Assembly (NCBI GenBank): GCA_944332105.1
Contig: CALVJI010000001.1
Location: 1-36,525, forward strand
Source of the DNA: an uncultured Bacilli bacterium
GTDB taxonomy: Bacteria > Bacillota_I > Bacilli_A > RF39 > UBA660
DNA: 36,525 nucleotides
Direction: 5' to 3'
The notes below the pieces were generated by a model, which was given only the letters and a program-made list of their open reading frames with translations, was not told the DNA's origin and made no database searches. Both the position numbers and the translations under genes were made by a program. Shown here piece after piece: positions 10,197 to 18,353 of this stretch. How positions within the stretch are numbered: position 1 is the stretch's first letter; each line of letters starts with the position of its first letter.

Positions 10197-11724
10197 AGAA
10201 AAGACTAAAATGACTCTTCATCCTGTTATGAGTTTTTTAATTCTATCAGGAATTACAATTCTTTTAAGTGGCTTACTTTATTTATTAGAGTTTCAGCAAA
10301 CCGTTTATACGATCAATGCAACGACTCTAGAATATAGCACAGAGCTAGTAGAAATAACCAATGTTTTTAGTTTAGAAGGACTTAAATACATCTTTAGTTC
10401 AACAGTTTCAAACTTTGTAAATTTTGCTCCTTTAAGTAGCTTAATTATTATTTTAATAGGTTTTGGTGTCATGGAAAAAAGTGGCTTTTTAAAAACAGCT
10501 ATCACTTTTTTAACGAAAAAAATGAAAAAAAACACCGTGACATTTATTCTAGTTTTTATGAGTGTTATTGCTTCTGTAATGGGTGAGATATCTTATATTA
10601 TCATTTTACCATTAAGTGCTGCGATTTTTAAATATGGCAAACGAAATCCTGCTCTTGGGTTAATCGCAGCTTTTGCCGGCTTAACTTGTGGTAGTGGAAT
10701 CTCGTTTATCTTTACAAGTATTGATTCATCGTTACTTTCACAATCACTACTAGCTGCTCGTGTTTTAGATATTAATTATCGGATGGCTTCCATCAGTGCA
10801 ATTTTCATCATGGCTGTCGCGGTAATCTTACTATCTTTTATAATTACTTGGATCACAGAAAATGTCATAGCTAAAAGACTAAACAATGTTGTGAATGAAG
10901 ACGAAGAAAATGAAGACAAACTTTTAACAAGAAGAGAACTACGAGGATTATTATTTGCTTTATTTGCCGCGTCATTATATGTGATTATTATTTTATATAA
11001 TATTATTCCAGGTCTTCCTTTTTCCGGAAATCTTTTGGATAATACACAGATACTATACATCGACAAACTATTTAGCTACAATTCCTTTTTCTCAAATGGC
11101 TTTGTCTTTGTTGTTTCTATGTTCTTTCTTTCATTAGGCTTATTCTATGGTTTAGGTGCTCGCACTATTAAAAACAATAAAGACTTTGTAGATGCTCTTG
11201 GTCATTCTCTAGATGGTATTGGTAAAACATTAGTTATAATACTCGCAGCATCCTTATTTATTAGTATTTTTAAATATTCAAATATTGGTACCGTTATTGT
11301 TGCCTATCTAACTAGTTTATTTAGAAATATTAGCTTTCAAGGTTTACCTTTAGTTATTTTGCTTTTTGTTGTTTCAGCGATTGCAACTATTTTTATTCCA
11401 ACATCAATTACCAAATGGAGTATAATCGCTCCAACCGTTGTACCTGTTTTCATGAATGCCGGTATAACTCCGGAATTTGCTCAAGTAATTTTCCGCTTTG
11501 GTGAAGGAATAACCATGGGATTAACACCAATTATGGCTTACTTCGTTATTTATTTAGCTATATTAGATAAAAATAATCCAGAAGAAAAGCCCATTAGTTT
11601 ATGGCAAGGAATTAAGTTTCAAGTGCCGTATGCTGTCGCAACAGCCATTGTGTTATTAGTATTAATTGTTTTATGGTATATCATTGGTTTACCTTTAGGA
11701 ATTAATGGTAGTACCGTTTTGTAA
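10189..11724 (+). CDS. AbgT family transporter (p-aminobenzoyl-glutamate transporter family)
   Basis: About 510-aa polytopic membrane protein with an AbgT-like sequence pattern. The start at 10189 is preferred because AGGTGA lies upstream of it. Confidence 0.75.
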   Translation: MNKEKTKMTLHPVMSFLILSGITILLSGLLYLLEFQQTVYTINATTLEYSTELVEITNVFSLEGLKYIFSSTVSNFVNFAPLSSLIIILIGFGVMEKSGFLKTAITFLTKKMKKNTVTFILVFMSVIASVMGEISYIIILPLSAAIFKYGKRNPALGLIAAFAGLTCGSGISFIFTSIDSSLLSQSLLAARVLDINYRMASISAIFIMAVAVILLSFIITWITENVIAKRLNNVVNEDEENEDKLLTRRELRGLLFALFAASLYVIIILYNIIPGLPFSGNLLDNTQILYIDKLFSYNSFFSNGFVFVVSMFFLSLGLFYGLGARTIKNNKDFVDALGHSLDGIGKTLVIILAASLFISIFKYSNIGTVIVAYLTSLFRNISFQGLPLVILLFVVSAIATIFIPTSITKWSIIAPTVVPVFMNAGITPEFAQVIFRFGEGITMGLTPIMAYFVIYLAILDKNNPEEKPISLWQGIKFQVPYAVATAIVLLVLIVLWYIIGLPLGINGSTVL

Positions 11725-11736
11725 GGAGGGTTTTAA

Positions 11737-12837
11737 ATGAGTTTAAAAGCAGGAATTGTTGGTTTGCCAAATGTCGGTAAATCAACTCTTTTTAATGCTA
11801 TTACTAAGAAAAATATCTTAGCTGCAAATTATCCATTTGCTACGATTGATCCCAATGTCGGCGTCGTAACTGTTCCAGATTCACGGTTAACTTTTCTAGA
11901 AGAACTATATGTTCCTAAAAATACTGTGCCAACATCTTTTGAGTTTACAGATATTGCCGGTTTAGTTAAAGGTGCGAGTAAAGGAGAAGGATTAGGCAAC
12001 AAATTTCTTTCACATATACGCGAAGTAGATGCCATTGTTGAAGTCATTCGTTGCTTTGAAGATGAAAATATTATTCATGTATCTGGCAAAGTGGATCCAA
12101 TTGAAGACATCGAAATTATTAACGTTGAACTTATCTTATCAGATCTAGAAATCATTGAAAATCGATTATCAAAAATTGAAAAAAAAGCTCAGACAACCAA
12201 AGATAAAGAAACTATCGCCGAATATGAAGTTTTAAAAAAATGTCAGGATTCATTAACAAAAAATATTCCCCTACGTCAAATAGAGTTTACAGAAGACGAG
12301 AAGCTTTTAATTAAAAACTTCAATTTTATTACTGCAAAACCTATTATCTATGTGGCAAATGTCAATGAAGAAGATGCAGTTTTAGGAAAAAATAAATATA
12401 CAGAAGAAGTACGAAATTTCGCAAGCAAAGAAAATGCTGGTGTCATTGTCATGTGTGCTAAATTAGAAAGCGAGCTAGCTGAATTAGAAGAACAAGATAA
12501 AGAAGCTTTTTTAAAAGAGCTAGGCATCGCTCATAGTGGTTTGGATAAACTCATATTTGCAACTTATAGTTTACTTGGTTTAGAAACCTTTTTTACAGTT
12601 GGTAAGGACGAGTGTCGTGCCTGGACTTTTAAAAAAGGCACAAATGCAAAAAAAGCCGCGGGACTTATCCACAGTGATATTGAAAGAGGATTCATTAAAG
12701 CTGAAATCATGAAATATAACGATCTAGAAGAACTAAAAGACGAAAAAAAAGTCCAAGAGGCAGGCAAACTTTACCTTGAAGGAAAAGACTACATCATGCA
12801 AGATGGTGACATCGTCTATTTTAGGTTTAATGTTTAG
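11737..12837 (+). CDS. ychF: redox-regulated ATPase YchF
   Basis: GLPNVGKST P-loop, the DIAGLVKGAS motif and a TGS-like C-terminus. Confidence 0.95.
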   Translation: MSLKAGIVGLPNVGKSTLFNAITKKNILAANYPFATIDPNVGVVTVPDSRLTFLEELYVPKNTVPTSFEFTDIAGLVKGASKGEGLGNKFLSHIREVDAIVEVIRCFEDENIIHVSGKVDPIEDIEIINVELILSDLEIIENRLSKIEKKAQTTKDKETIAEYEVLKKCQDSLTKNIPLRQIEFTEDEKLLIKNFNFITAKPIIYVANVNEEDAVLGKNKYTEEVRNFASKENAGVIVMCAKLESELAELEEQDKEAFLKELGIAHSGLDKLIFATYSLLGLETFFTVGKDECRAWTFKKGTNAKKAAGLIHSDIERGFIKAEIMKYNDLEELKDEKKVQEAGKLYLEGKDYIMQDGDIVYFRFNV

Positions 12838-12848
12838 GAGATGAGAAG

Positions 12849-13079
12849 ATGAATGAAGTAAAAATAAAAGGCGTTTATAGACACTACAAAGGTGATTATT
12901 ATTTAGTAGAAGATATCGCTTTAGATTGTGAAACAAAAGAACCATTAGTCATTTATCGAGCTTTATATGGCGATGGAATTTTATGGGTAAGACCATTAAA
13001 AGACTTTATAAAAGAAGTAAACAAAGAGAATCAAAAGTATCGTTTTGAATTACAAAATATAGAATCGAAGAGAAAATAA
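12849..13079 (+). CDS. DUF1653 domain protein
   Basis: YRHYKGDYYLV...VIYRALYGD...WVRPL pattern. Confidence 0.7.
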   Translation: MNEVKIKGVYRHYKGDYYLVEDIALDCETKEPLVIYRALYGDGILWVRPLKDFIKEVNKENQKYRFELQNIESKRK

Positions 13080-13083
13080 AAAA

Positions 13084-13115
13084 CTTTTTCAAAATCTTAT
13101 TGAAAAAGCTTTTTT
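13084..13115 (+). terminator. rho-independent terminator
   Basis: Stem CTTTTTCA/TGAAAAAG followed by a T run. Confidence 0.65.
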
Positions 13116-13191
13116 AATTTTGAAGTATAATCATTAATTTTACAAACTAAAGAGAATATGATATACTAATGAGGTAGAAAAGAGGGAATTT

Positions 13192-13845
13192 ATGGTAAAT
13201 AATCAAACACTTTCCAAAACTTTTGGATGGATGTTTATTGGACTTTTAGTAACCTTTTTAACAGGTTATGTCGTGTCACTAAATGAAAATATGCTTTACA
13301 ATATAATGAGTACTTGGGGAATGATTTTATGTATCGTTGTGGAACTTGGATTAGTTATCTTTTTATCAGCAAGAATCACTAAAATGCAACCAACGACTGC
13401 TAAAATAAGTTTCTTATTATACTCCTTTGTGAGTGGATTAACATTTTCTAGTATTTTTATGGTATATTCGTTGAATTCAATAATGTATGTCTTTTTAATA
13501 ACAGCAGTTGTATTCGCCATATTCGCGGCGATTGGAGCTTTTACTAAAATTGATTTAACAAAAATTGGTTCGTATTTATTGATGGCCTTATTAGCTATAA
13601 TTATTTGTACCATCATAAACATTTTCTTAAATAGTACAAGTTTTGATTTATTTCTTTCAATCATCATTATTATAGTTTTTATAGGCTTCACTGCTTATGA
13701 TGTGCAAAGATTAAAGCGATTAAGTGGAACTGGAATAATTAATGAAGAAAATTTAGCTATTTACGGCGCACTTGAACTGTACTTAGATTTTATTAACTTA
13801 TTCTTAGAACTACTTCGTTTATTTGGCTCAAGTCATGATAATTAA
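13192..13845 (+). CDS. Bax inhibitor-1/YccA family membrane protein
   Basis: Seven-TM protein of about 217 aa with a BI-1-like C-terminal pattern (YGALELYLDFINLFL). Confidence 0.85.
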   Translation: MVNNQTLSKTFGWMFIGLLVTFLTGYVVSLNENMLYNIMSTWGMILCIVVELGLVIFLSARITKMQPTTAKISFLLYSFVSGLTFSSIFMVYSLNSIMYVFLITAVVFAIFAAIGAFTKIDLTKIGSYLLMALLAIIICTIINIFLNSTSFDLFLSIIIIIVFIGFTAYDVQRLKRLSGTGIINEENLAIYGALELYLDFINLFLELLRLFGSSHDN

Positions 13846-13870
13846 GATGTGTTAAAAGCATCTTTTTTTT
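13844..13870 (+). terminator. rho-independent terminator
   Basis: Stem AAGATG/CATCTT followed by T8. Confidence 0.6.
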
Positions 13871-13920
13871 CACGCTAAATTTTGATAAAATAGAAATATA
13901 TGATGGAGGCTGTGATGTAA

Positions 13921-14646
13921 ATGATATATGTTTTTATAATTTTTCAAATTCTTATTTTTATAGAAAGCTACATTCTTTATCAAAAAAAGATGCGTAAAAG
14001 CAGTGCGATTCTTTTTTTAATAAATACAATTTCATTAATTGTAAATATTATCTTTTTCCTTCCACTATTTAAAAATGAAATAACTACTTCATCAGTGATC
14101 TATTTTCAAAAAAAGATGACCACAGAGGCTTTTCAAACTTTACTATGGTTTTTAATTAATGTAATATTAATTGCTGTGAATGCAAATGGGTTAATAAAAG
14201 CTTCGAAAAAACAAAAAATTTCTAAAATAATAACTAGCATATCTTATCTTTTCTCAGCTGTGCTATTCCTATTTTTAAGTGTCGTTCTTTTCTCTAAAAG
14301 TGCTGACCTATTAATCTTTATTTATGTCATTGTGGCAATCATTTATTTAATTCGCAAATACTGTATTTTACAAAAAAATTACTATCTTGCAGTTATTCTA
14401 ATTTTACTTATTTTTACTTGGTATTCATATTGTACATATACAGGTGCAGCCCGTTTTCAAATCGCTTTAACAGGTTATCCTAACAAAGCTTATGATGGTG
14501 GGCTAGAAGAACAGAAATTTTATCAAGAAGAAAATGTCAAGAAATATGTGCCTATTGAAACTATTGAAGTAATTGATGGTGATATGGGTATTATTGAGAT
14601 ACGTAACTACGGCTTCTTAAAATTCGGTAATTATAGTACATATTAA
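13921..14646 (+). CDS. hypothetical polytopic membrane protein with a soluble C-terminal domain
   Basis: Long ORF with about six hydrophobic segments. No family recognised. Confidence 0.65.
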   Translation: MIYVFIIFQILIFIESYILYQKKMRKSSAILFLINTISLIVNIIFFLPLFKNEITTSSVIYFQKKMTTEAFQTLLWFLINVILIAVNANGLIKASKKQKISKIITSISYLFSAVLFLFLSVVLFSKSADLLIFIYVIVAIIYLIRKYCILQKNYYLAVILILLIFTWYSYCTYTGAARFQIALTGYPNKAYDGGLEEQKFYQEENVKKYVPIETIEVIDGDMGIIEIRNYGFLKFGNYSTY

Positions 14647-14666
14647 ATTTTAGAGGAAGCGTAGTT

Positions 14667-15242
14667 ATGAAAGAAATAGAAGAATATTCTTGGCAAGAGA
14701 TCGAAAGTTTACCAAAAAAAGAAAAACTAGAATTATCAAAACGATTTTTGCAAGCTAAAAAAGAAATGACTTCATGTTCATTTCTGGAAAGTGAATGGCA
14801 AAATATATTTGATGAACATCTTTCATTGTATGAAAATTACTTAAAATTACAAAATTACATTGTAGAGCTTCAAAGTGAAATGATTTTTCCAGGTCACATT
14901 GTCAAACTCTATCCTTATATAAGTGAATCTATCGCCCAAAGAGATATAATTGCTCATTTAGGGCCTTATATAATTCAAACAGGAACACGGTATTGCCGCT
15001 ACCGCCCTTTAATTAAAGATCATACTTCCAAAAAATGTTACGTTTTAAAAAAAGCTATTCTAACAACTCATGAATATACCACCTTATTACCCCATACTTT
15101 TAGAGAATTTGAAACATGGGACAAAAATTTAGAAACTTCATTTTTCAAAAGAGAAAATACTCCTATTGATTTTTATGATTTAAGCTGCCGTTTAAAAACA
15201 GATAAACTAGCGTTGCAAGAATTAAAAAAATCTAGAAAATAA
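14667..15242 (+). CDS. hypothetical protein (191 aa)
   Basis: Long ORF with RBS AGAGGA. No family recognised. Confidence 0.65.
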   Translation: MKEIEEYSWQEIESLPKKEKLELSKRFLQAKKEMTSCSFLESEWQNIFDEHLSLYENYLKLQNYIVELQSEMIFPGHIVKLYPYISESIAQRDIIAHLGPYIIQTGTRYCRYRPLIKDHTSKKCYVLKKAILTTHEYTTLLPHTFREFETWDKNLETSFFKRENTPIDFYDLSCRLKTDKLALQELKKSRK

Positions 15243-15261
15243 TATTGATATATATTTCAAA

Positions 15262-15288
15262 ATAGCAAATAAATGTTTGCTATTTTTT
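15262..15288 (+). terminator. rho-independent terminator
   Basis: Stem ATAGCAAA/TTTGCTAT followed by a T run. Confidence 0.7.
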
Positions 15289-15305
15289 GCGAAAATCGGT
15301 ATAAT
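15277..15305 (+). promoter_or_regulatory. sigma-A type promoter, TTGCTA-17-TATAAT
   Basis: Near-consensus hexamers with exact 17-nt spacing, upstream of the radical SAM gene. Confidence 0.6.
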
Positions 15306-15338
15306 ATATAGGTAAATATCTCTAAGGGGATGAAGAAT

Positions 15339-16226
15339 ATGGAAATAATTAAAACAAAGACAATCATGACTAAATCAAGTCAAGGCCATCGTTGGTTTGG
15401 GATTGACTATCACATGAACTTATATAAGGGTTGCCCCATGGGCTGTATTTACTGCGATTCGCGCTGTGAAGCTTATCATATAGAAAATTTTGACGAAGTT
15501 CGCATCAAAGAAAATGCTCTAGAAATATTAGAAGAGGAACTAAAAAGTAAAGGATTAAAAGGTGTTGTTTCCTTTGGGTCTTTATCCGATCCTTATAATC
15601 CTGAAGAAGAAAACTTAGAACTTACTCGTCAAGCTTTGATGTTAATTTTAAAATATGGTTTCGGTGTTTCAATTGATACGAAAAGTGATTTAATATTAAG
15701 AGATCTAGATTTATTAAAAGAAATTCAAAAAAAGAATAATGTAATTATCAAAATATCCATTACGACATATGATAATGAACTTGCCAAAAAAATAGAGCCT
15801 AATGTTATCTCATCAACCAAAAGATTTGAAGTGCTAAGAAAATTAAGAGAAAATGGTATTTATGCCGGTGTTCTAATGACTCCAGTCTTGCCCTTTCTAA
15901 CAGATACAGAAGATAATATTTTAAATATTATTGTAAAAAGCAAAGAAGCCGATGCCAAATTCATTTATACAAAGATGGGTATGACTTTAAAAACTAATCA
16001 ACGAGACTATTACTATCGAGCTTTAGATATTCTATATCCTGGGTTAAAAGAGGATTATATGGCAGTTTATGGCAATAAAAATATTTGTAATACTTTACAA
16101 TTTAGACATCTAATGGATCTTTTCCTGCGCAAATGTAGTGAAAATCAAATTCTAACCGATATGGATGCGATCATTGCTGACTATAAAAAAGAAATCCCAC
16201 AAAATGAACAAATGAGTTTATTTTAA
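15339..16226 (+). CDS. radical SAM protein, SPL / DNA-repair-photolyase-like (COG1533) family
   Basis: CPMGCIYC (CxxxCxxC) cluster motif, with the size and layout typical of the family. The start at 15339 is preferred because of RBS AAGGGGA. Confidence 0.8.
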   Translation: MEIIKTKTIMTKSSQGHRWFGIDYHMNLYKGCPMGCIYCDSRCEAYHIENFDEVRIKENALEILEEELKSKGLKGVVSFGSLSDPYNPEEENLELTRQALMLILKYGFGVSIDTKSDLILRDLDLLKEIQKKNNVIIKISITTYDNELAKKIEPNVISSTKRFEVLRKLRENGIYAGVLMTPVLPFLTDTEDNILNIIVKSKEADAKFIYTKMGMTLKTNQRDYYYRALDILYPGLKEDYMAVYGNKNICNTLQFRHLMDLFLRKCSENQILTDMDAIIADYKKEIPQNEQMSLF

Positions 16227-16250
16227 GAAAAAATGGTAAAATTTAACTTG

Positions 16251-16280
16251 ATATACTTTGTAAAAAAAGTATATTTTTTT
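16251..16280 (+). terminator. rho-independent terminator
   Basis: Stem ATATACTTT/AAAGTATAT followed by T7. Confidence 0.75.
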
Positions 16281-16313
16281 AGTTAAAAACCATACTAGTA
16301 ATGGGTGATAAAT

Positions 16314-16496
16314 ATGAGTGAAAAAGAATTATTATATCTTGAAGATGCTTTAAGTCATCTCGAATATTTTAAAAGACATCTATGTATTAACAAAGAATGT
16401 GTAAGTGAAACAAAAGAAAGTAATTTACTTAAGAAAATAGAAAAGAAAACAGATACTTTATATCAAGACTTTTATACAGAATTGAAAGGAGAATAA
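16314..16496 (+). CDS. small hypothetical protein, translationally coupled to the CotF-like gene
   Basis: 60-aa ORF with RBS GGGTGA. Its stop lies 2 nt before the next start. Confidence 0.55.
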   Translation: MSEKELLYLEDALSHLEYFKRHLCINKECVSETKESNLLKKIEKKTDTLYQDFYTELKGE

Positions 16497-16498
16497 AA

Positions 16499-16756
16499 AT
16501 GGATAATAAGACAGTATTAGAAGGAATTCTTTGGGATTTAAAATGCTTATCAGATTTATTCTTACATGGTACGATGGAGTCGTCTACCGAAACACTTCAC
16601 AAAACTTTTCAAGACGCTTTAAATGATATTTTAAATTTACAAAATGATTTATATAATTTAATGAGCGAAGAAGGAATGTATTCAGTATCTCAAGTTTCCG
16701 AAACAAAAATCACAAAAACAAAAGGAAAGTTTACTCCAAGTTTAGAGGAAGATTAA
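16499..16756 (+). CDS. spore coat protein, CotF (Coat_F) family-like
   Basis: LEGILWDLKCLSDLFLHGTMESSTETLHKTFQDALNDILNLQNDLYNLM resembles the Coat_F four-helix pattern. Confidence 0.6.
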   Translation: MDNKTVLEGILWDLKCLSDLFLHGTMESSTETLHKTFQDALNDILNLQNDLYNLMSEEGMYSVSQVSETKITKTKGKFTPSLEED

Positions 16757-16772
16757 ATCTTCTTCTTTTTTT
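16744..16772 (+). terminator. rho-independent terminator
   Basis: 9-bp stem AGAGGAAGA/TCTTCTTCT (one G-U pair), loop TTAAA, followed by a T run. Confidence 0.6.
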
Positions 16773-16816
16773 CACGAAAAGTACACAAACGATAAGTAAA
16801 ATAAATAATAAAGGTG

Positions 16817-16951
16817 ATGCAAGATATTAAAAAAAGATTAGGTACAATTATCGTTTTTCTTCTTCTTTTCCTGCTTATTGGTTTTTTCATTCAACTGATT
16901 TCCAACAATATTGGACAAAGTATTAACGAAAAATCTAGAATTTCAAAATAA
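16817..16951 (+). CDS. candidate 44-aa single-pass membrane peptide (not in the ORF track)
   Basis: ATG..TAA ORF MQDIKKRLGTIIVFLLLFLLIGFFIQLISNNIGQSINEKSRISK with a clear TM helix. The RBS is weak. Confidence 0.35.
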   Translation: MQDIKKRLGTIIVFLLLFLLIGFFIQLISNNIGQSINEKSRISK

Positions 16952-16989
16952 CATTTGCTATAATATTTCAAGGGAGTGAGAGTGAAAGA

Positions 16990-17718
16990 ATGAAAAAAAA
17001 TATTTTCCTTTTAGTTGTAAGTATCATAGCTATTTTCTTTATGGCTCCAAACAAAGCAAATGCAGATACAGTAAATGTCTACTTTTTTAGAAGTAATACT
17101 TGTAGCATTTGTGCTTCACTTGAAGACTTTTTTGAAGAGTTATCTAGTGATGAAGAATATAAAGACTTGTTTGTGATTAAAGATTTTGAAGTAAGTAACA
17201 GTACGAAAAATGCTAGACTTTGGTCAGAAGTAGCCGAATATTTTGGTGATACAGCTAACGGTGTTCCTTATTATGTTATTGGGGATGAATCATTTTTAGG
17301 TTTTCAAACTTCAGATGAAGATACGATCAAAGAGAAAATCAAAGAAGTGTATAATGATGAAGACTTTGTAGATCCTTTGACAGATATCATGAATGATTTT
17401 GAAAATCCAAGCGATGATGGCTTAATTATTCTGGCTTTATTAGGTGGTATTATCCTTGTAATTGGTGTAATTGTCTTTATTGCAAGAAAAGATACGACAA
17501 AATTAGAAAAAGCAATAGTAGAAGAAGAAAAGAAAGAAAAAGAATTAGCGATTATAGCTAAAGAAGAAAAAGAAGAACCAGCAGCAGAAAAAGTAACACC
17601 AACAGCTAAGAAAACAACAGCGAAAAAAACTACTACTAAAGAATCAACAACGAAGAAAAAGACAACATCCAAAACAAGTTCAAAAACAACTACTAAAAGA
17701 AAAACAACTAAAAAATAG
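16990..17718 (+). CDS. exported thioredoxin-fold-like protein with a CxxC motif, a C-terminal TM anchor and a Lys/Thr-rich tail
   Basis: Signal peptide MKKNIFLLVVSIIAIFFMAPNKANA, a CSIC motif after the beta-strand VNVYFFRS, a TM segment at about residue 150, and a KKTT-rich low-complexity C-terminus. Confidence 0.6.
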   Translation: MKKNIFLLVVSIIAIFFMAPNKANADTVNVYFFRSNTCSICASLEDFFEELSSDEEYKDLFVIKDFEVSNSTKNARLWSEVAEYFGDTANGVPYYVIGDESFLGFQTSDEDTIKEKIKEVYNDEDFVDPLTDIMNDFENPSDDGLIILALLGGIILVIGVIVFIARKDTTKLEKAIVEEEKKEKELAIIAKEEKEEPAAEKVTPTAKKTTAKKTTTKESTTKKKTTSKTSSKTTTKRKTTKK

Positions 17719-17744
17719 AATCTACGAAACGATTCTATTTTTTC
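17711..17744. terminator. bidirectional rho-independent terminator between convergent genes
   Basis: Stem ATAGAATC/GATTCTAT flanked by an A run on the left and a T run on the right. Confidence 0.7.
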
Positions 17745-18265
17745 TTTAATAAATAATTTAAAATATCAATGACACTATATATAATGAGTAGAATTCCTAA
17801 TAGAACAAAAACAACATTCTCAGCAAAAATTGAATAAATACCAAGTAGTATTAATAAGACAGATACAATTAATGTAATTGTATAATAACGATTACTGCTA
17901 CTCTTATAATATGGAGCTGTTCCCAATTTATTTAAACCAGAAACAATTAACCAAATTCCTGTAATAATTTGAATAGCATTAGTCAAAAAACTGGCAAGTA
18001 AAATAGTTAAAATACCAATAATTAAACTTGTAATCGCGCTCATTAAAATCCGTGAATCTTCAAAGTGAAATTGATTTTTAATTTGATAAAAGCGAATAAA
18101 TTTATAAATGCCATACACACTTATAATTATTCCTAAAAAAATAAACAACGCACTTAAGACTCCACCAGAATTAAAAGCTAAGAACAATCCCAAGATAAAC
18201 AAAAGAATAGAACTAATAGGGAAATCATCACTTTTTTTCCCTGAATTTAAAACTGTAACTTTCAT
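17735..18265 (-). CDS. DUF308/HdeD-like membrane protein
   Basis: Six-TM small protein with repeated GI..I..G patterns. AAAGGAGG lies upstream of the second ATG (MKVTVLN...). Confidence 0.6.
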   Translation of the reverse strand: MKVTVLNSGKKSDDFPISSILLFILGLFLAFNSGGVLSALFIFLGIIISVYGIYKFIRFYQIKNQFHFEDSRILMSAITSLIIGILTILLASFLTNAIQIITGIWLIVSGLNKLGTAPYYKSSSNRYYTITLIVSVLLILLGIYSIFAENVVFVLLGILLIIYSVIDILNYLLKKK

Positions 18266-18319
18266 AATCCTCCTTTTCATAAAACATTATAGCATTATAT
18301 AGAAATAAAATAAAGAATA

Positions 18320-18328
18320 TGTTATAAT
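18320..18328 (+). promoter_or_regulatory. extended -10 element TGtTATAAT
   Basis: The sequence tgttataat lies about 25 nt upstream of the 18354 start. Confidence 0.45.
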
Positions 18329-18353
18329 TGAAAAAATAAATGGGGTCGAGAAA

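Noticed and set aside
13296-13691. Long antisense ORFs inside well-supported genes. Examples: 13296..13691(-) in the BI-1 gene, 17304..17672(-), 27600..27974(-), 33911..34282(-) in ftsE, 6690..6971(-) and 10776..11066(-).
   Set aside because: Each lies fully opposite a gene with clear family motifs. They have no RBS and low-complexity or odd composition. Such ORFs arise readily opposite coding sequence in AT-rich genomes.
17520-17718. A purine-rich repetitive stretch (gaagaa and aaaacaac units) that looks like a tandem repeat array.
   Set aside because: It is in-frame low-complexity coding sequence (the EK- and KKTT-rich tail of the CxxC protein). There is no fixed repeat unit or spacer structure.
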